This document shows, piece by piece, positions 37,009 to 39,556 of a stretch of 39,556 nucleotides of DNA; within the stretch, counting starts at the first letter, position 1; the number at the start of each line of letters is the position of its first letter. Made by a program: the position numbers and the translations under genes. Under the pieces are notes generated by a model. It had not been told where the DNA came from. It saw nothing but the letters and a program-made list of their open reading frames with translations, and did not search any database. Origin of the DNA: an uncultured Eubacteriales bacterium (GTDB lineage: Bacteria; Actinomycetota; Coriobacteriia; Anaerosomatales; CAYWAF01); the NCBI GenBank assembly GCA_964456355.1, contig CAYWAF010000002.1, positions 13,975-53,530 of the forward strand. The letters run 5' to 3'.

Positions 37009-37590
37009 CTACTCTCTGACTTCTCCCACGAACCTGTAGACCGGGCCTCCCATCAAGGTGCTCTCGCCCTCGATCCCGTGGCGGGAGAAGAACTCGCGCA
37101 TCTCGTCCGGCGTGAAGAAAGAGCCGGGCTCGCCGAGGATCTTCTCGCCCAAGACGAGCATCCGCATGAGAAAGCCGGTGGGGTCGAGTTCGAGCACCAC
37201 CAGGCCCCCTTTGCTGCGGACCACGCGTGACATCTCGGTGGCGGCTCCGTCCTGGTCACGGAAGTGGTGGAAGGCGTCTGAGATGATGACGGCGTCCGCG
37301 TGGTCGTCATCGAAGGGCATCGCTTCCGCCGAGCCCAGGACGGCCTGGACCGAAGGGTGGGAGGGCACGTATCCGATCATCTCCGGCGTGGGATCCAACA
37401 CGATGACCTCGGCGGACAGGGCGTCTGCGAGTTTCACCGCCAGTGCCCCGGTGCCGCCTCCGATGTCTATGACCCTCCCGCCAGTCGGGACGTATGGCTC
37501 CAGCCATCCGGCGATCTCGGAGACGTCGTCGGGCGACCATCTGTCGGCGAAGCGGTCGAATATCGGTGCACTCCAGTTGAACAGTCCCAC
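37009..37590 (-). CDS. Class I SAM-dependent methyltransferase
   Basis: Motif I is VIDIGGGTGALAVKLA. The acidic residue of post-I is in VIVLDP, and motif II-like is DAVIISDAFHHF. Length is 193 aa. Confidence 0.75.
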   Translation of the reverse strand: MGLFNWSAPIFDRFADRWSPDDVSEIAGWLEPYVPTGGRVIDIGGGTGALAVKLADALSAEVIVLDPTPEMIGYVPSHPSVQAVLGSAEAMPFDDDHADAVIISDAFHHFRDQDGAATEMSRVVRSKGGLVVLELDPTGFLMRMLVLGEKILGEPGSFFTPDEMREFFSRHGIEGESTLMGGPVYRFVGEVRE

Positions 37591-37706
37591 AGGCCCTCTC
37601 CCAGGGTAGAATCGGACATAGCGGCCAGAACCGGTCGATGCGGTCCGGTCCGGCTCATGTCATTATCGTTCCCTGACGCGGACCATGCAGCTCGAGGGGG
37701 TCTCGG

Positions 37707-39556
37707 ATGTCCGGACGCACGCTCGCAGTCATAGACGGCAACAGCCTCTTGCACCGCGCTTACCACGCGCTCCCCACGACCATGACCGCACCCGACGGTC
37801 GACCCACCAACGCTGCCTTCGGCTTCATCTCGATGCTCATCAAGATGGTCCAGGAACTCTCCCCGGAAGGCGTCGTGGTCGCCTGGGACTCCGGGAAACC
37901 CGCTTTCCGCACGCAGGCCCTCGAGCAGTACAAGGCCAACCGTCCTCCCACCGACCAGGAACTCAAGGACCAGTTCCCCATGGCGAAAGAACTCCTCGAT
38001 GCGCTTGGGGTACCCCAGGTCGAGATAGAGGGCTGGGAGGCGGACGACATCTTGGGCACGATAGCCGAGGACGCCCCCAAGAAGGGCTGGCACGTGCTCC
38101 TCGTCACAGGGGACCGCGATGCTCTGCAACTGATCGACGACGATGTCGAGGTCGTCTCCACGAAGAAGGGGATAAGCGACATCAAGATCTACGATGCGGA
38201 CGCGGTCGAGGAGAGGTTCGGTGTGCGTCCCGAGCAGATAGTGGACTACCTCGGCTTGAAGGGCGACACCTCCGACAACATACCCGGGGTCAAAGGCGTG
38301 GGGGAGAAGACCGCTGCGAAGTTGATAGGGGAGTACGGCTCGCTCGACGCGGTGCTCGAGGCCGCTGCCGAGATGGGCGGCAAGTTGGGCGAGAACCTCA
38401 GGGAGCACGCTGAGGACGCCCGCATCAGCCGTACCGTAGCCACCATACAGCGGGACGTGCCCCTCGGGCTCGATTACGACGCCGTGAAGTGGGGCGACTT
38501 CTCTCCCCATGATGTGGCCGAGGTGTTCGGCAAATACAGGTTCACGACGCTCCTGGACAGGGTGCTTGCCACGGCTGTGGGAGGAGCAGAGGAAGGAGCA
38601 GGCGACTCTGGTCCGGACACCGCTCCCTCCGCACGTGAGTGGTCGGTGGAGCGCGGCCCGGAGGCGGCCGAGGCCGTCATCGCCTCGGCCGGAAAGGACT
38701 GGCTGGGCATGGCCCTCGATGACGGTACGTCCGAGTCACTGTTCGCTGTGCGCCGTGACCTGGCTCTCGCTTTCGGGGGGAAGGTCGCGATCGTCGAGGG
38801 CGACGATGCGGCTCCAGTGTGGGAGAAGGTCCTGGAAGAGGGGCATCTGGCCTCCGGTGACGTGAAGGCGCTTCTCCACGCACTCTGTCCGTCACAAGGA
38901 GCCGACGAAGACGCGGCGACTCTCGATGCGGTCGACCCGGCACGCCTCTTCGACTGCGGGGTGGCCGCGTACCTGCTGGAGTCCCAGCGCTCCTCCTTCG
39001 AGATAGGCGCACTATCCGCCGACTACCTGGGGGCTCCTCTGCCCGAGCCGGACGAACGGTACCCGGCCGTCGCGATGGCAGCGAAAGCATCCTGCGAGTT
39101 GGCCGGAGAACTCGCGCAGCGACTGGAAGAAGACGGCTCTGCACAGGTCATGCGCGAGGTGGAGATGCCGCTCGTGCCGGTGCTCGCCCGCATGGAGCGC
39201 ACAGGCATCGCCGTGGACACCGATGTCCTGGCCTCCATCAAGGAGGAGACCGAGAAAGACATCTCGCGCTTGCGTGAGGAGATATTCGAGCAGGCAGGAT
39301 GTGAGTTCAACATCGACTCGCCCAAGCAGTTGGCAGAGGTTCTCTTCGAGAAGATGGGGCTTCCTGCGACCAAGCGCACGAAGACGGGTTTCTCGACCGA
39401 TGCATCCGTGTTGCGAGGTCTGGCGGCAGACCACCCCATCGCTCGGCTGGTCATGGACTATCGCGAACTCACCAAGCTCACATCCACCTACATAGACGCA
39501 CTCCCGAGGCTGATCGCCGAGGACGGTCGGATACACACGACCTTCAACCAGACCGC
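37707..39556 (+). CDS. polA: DNA polymerase I, N-terminal 616 codons (3' end outside window)
   Basis: It is not in the ORF track because the frame stays open to the window edge. I translated it by hand from ATG 37707. The 5'-nuclease domain reads MSGRTLAVIDGNSLLHRAYHALP...AWDSGKPAFRTQALEQYKANR...GWEADDILGT...LVTGDRDALQL...KGDTSDNIPGVKGVGEKTA. Later come MPLVPVLARMERTGIAVD and SPKQLAEVLFEKMGLP...KTGFSTDASVL. The central region lacks clear DxE / NxxYD exonuclease motifs, suggesting an inactive proofreading domain. Confidence 0.93.
   Translation, partial: MSGRTLAVIDGNSLLHRAYHALPTTMTAPDGRPTNAAFGFISMLIKMVQELSPEGVVVAWDSGKPAFRTQALEQYKANRPPTDQELKDQFPMAKELLDALGVPQVEIEGWEADDILGTIAEDAPKKGWHVLLVTGDRDALQLIDDDVEVVSTKKGISDIKIYDADAVEERFGVRPEQIVDYLGLKGDTSDNIPGVKGVGEKTAAKLIGEYGSLDAVLEAAAEMGGKLGENLREHAEDARISRTVATIQRDVPLGLDYDAVKWGDFSPHDVAEVFGKYRFTTLLDRVLATAVGGAEEGAGDSGPDTAPSAREWSVERGPEAAEAVIASAGKDWLGMALDDGTSESLFAVRRDLALAFGGKVAIVEGDDAAPVWEKVLEEGHLASGDVKALLHALCPSQGADEDAATLDAVDPARLFDCGVAAYLLESQRSSFEIGALSADYLGAPLPEPDERYPAVAMAAKASCELAGELAQRLEEDGSAQVMREVEMPLVPVLARMERTGIAVDTDVLASIKEETEKDISRLREEIFEQAGCEFNIDSPKQLAEVLFEKMGLPATKRTKTGFSTDASVLRGLAADHPIARLVMDYRELTKLTSTYIDALPRLIAEDGRIHTTFNQT

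Noticed and set aside
37467-38510. 347-aa antisense ORF and the 242-aa + strand ORF (37685-38413) at the polA locus
   Set aside because: Both are out of frame with, or antisense to, the hand-translated polA 5'-nuclease domain, which has diagnostic motifs.

Overview
This is a high-GC (~63%), gene-dense chromosomal window, mostly on the + strand, with many 1-8 nt start/stop overlaps. All calls come from reading the sequence and the six-frame translations by eye; no database search was run.

The content looks like core metabolism of an Actinomycetota-like organism. Supporting signs are a PdtaS/PdtaR-type two-component pair, a GlnR-like regulator next to glnA, and several leaderless-looking TANNNT promoters. 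It also carries archaeal or anaerobe-style modules.

Gene order:
- A trp operon: trpE (5'-truncated), trpGD fusion, trpC, trpB2, trpF, trpB, trpA.
- nadE, a DhnA-type class I aldolase, accD-accA, a PPi-type phosphofructokinase and a LOG-family protein.
- A tungsten-type aldehyde:ferredoxin oxidoreductase, class II aldolase and MFS transporter operon.
- tRNA-Leu(CAA).
- pdtaS, pdtaR and a small membrane protein, with a convergent CPBP protease.
- A four-gene cluster: an HdrB/HdrC-like Fe-S fusion plus a three-piece split archaeal-type glutamate synthase.
- An archaeal-type thiolase and a DUF35::3-hydroxyacyl-CoA dehydrogenase fusion.
- An HGSNAT-like membrane acetyltransferase divergent from a PIG-L deacetylase.
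- A multi-TM degenerate-GGDEF/HD-GYP protein.
- glnA, a GlnR-like regulator, a DUF1269-like protein, a SAM methyltransferase and polA. polA is 3'-truncated and absent from the ORF track because it runs off the window.

I saw no CRISPR array, transposase, integrase, rRNA or recognisable defence genes.

The best candidates for something undescribed:
1. The Hdr-like/split-GOGAT operon, which lacks GltD.
2. The thiolase plus DUF35-Hbd fusion pair.
3. The leaderless AOR-aldolase-MFS operon.

Many long ORFs in the track are antisense or off-frame high-GC artefacts and were rejected.
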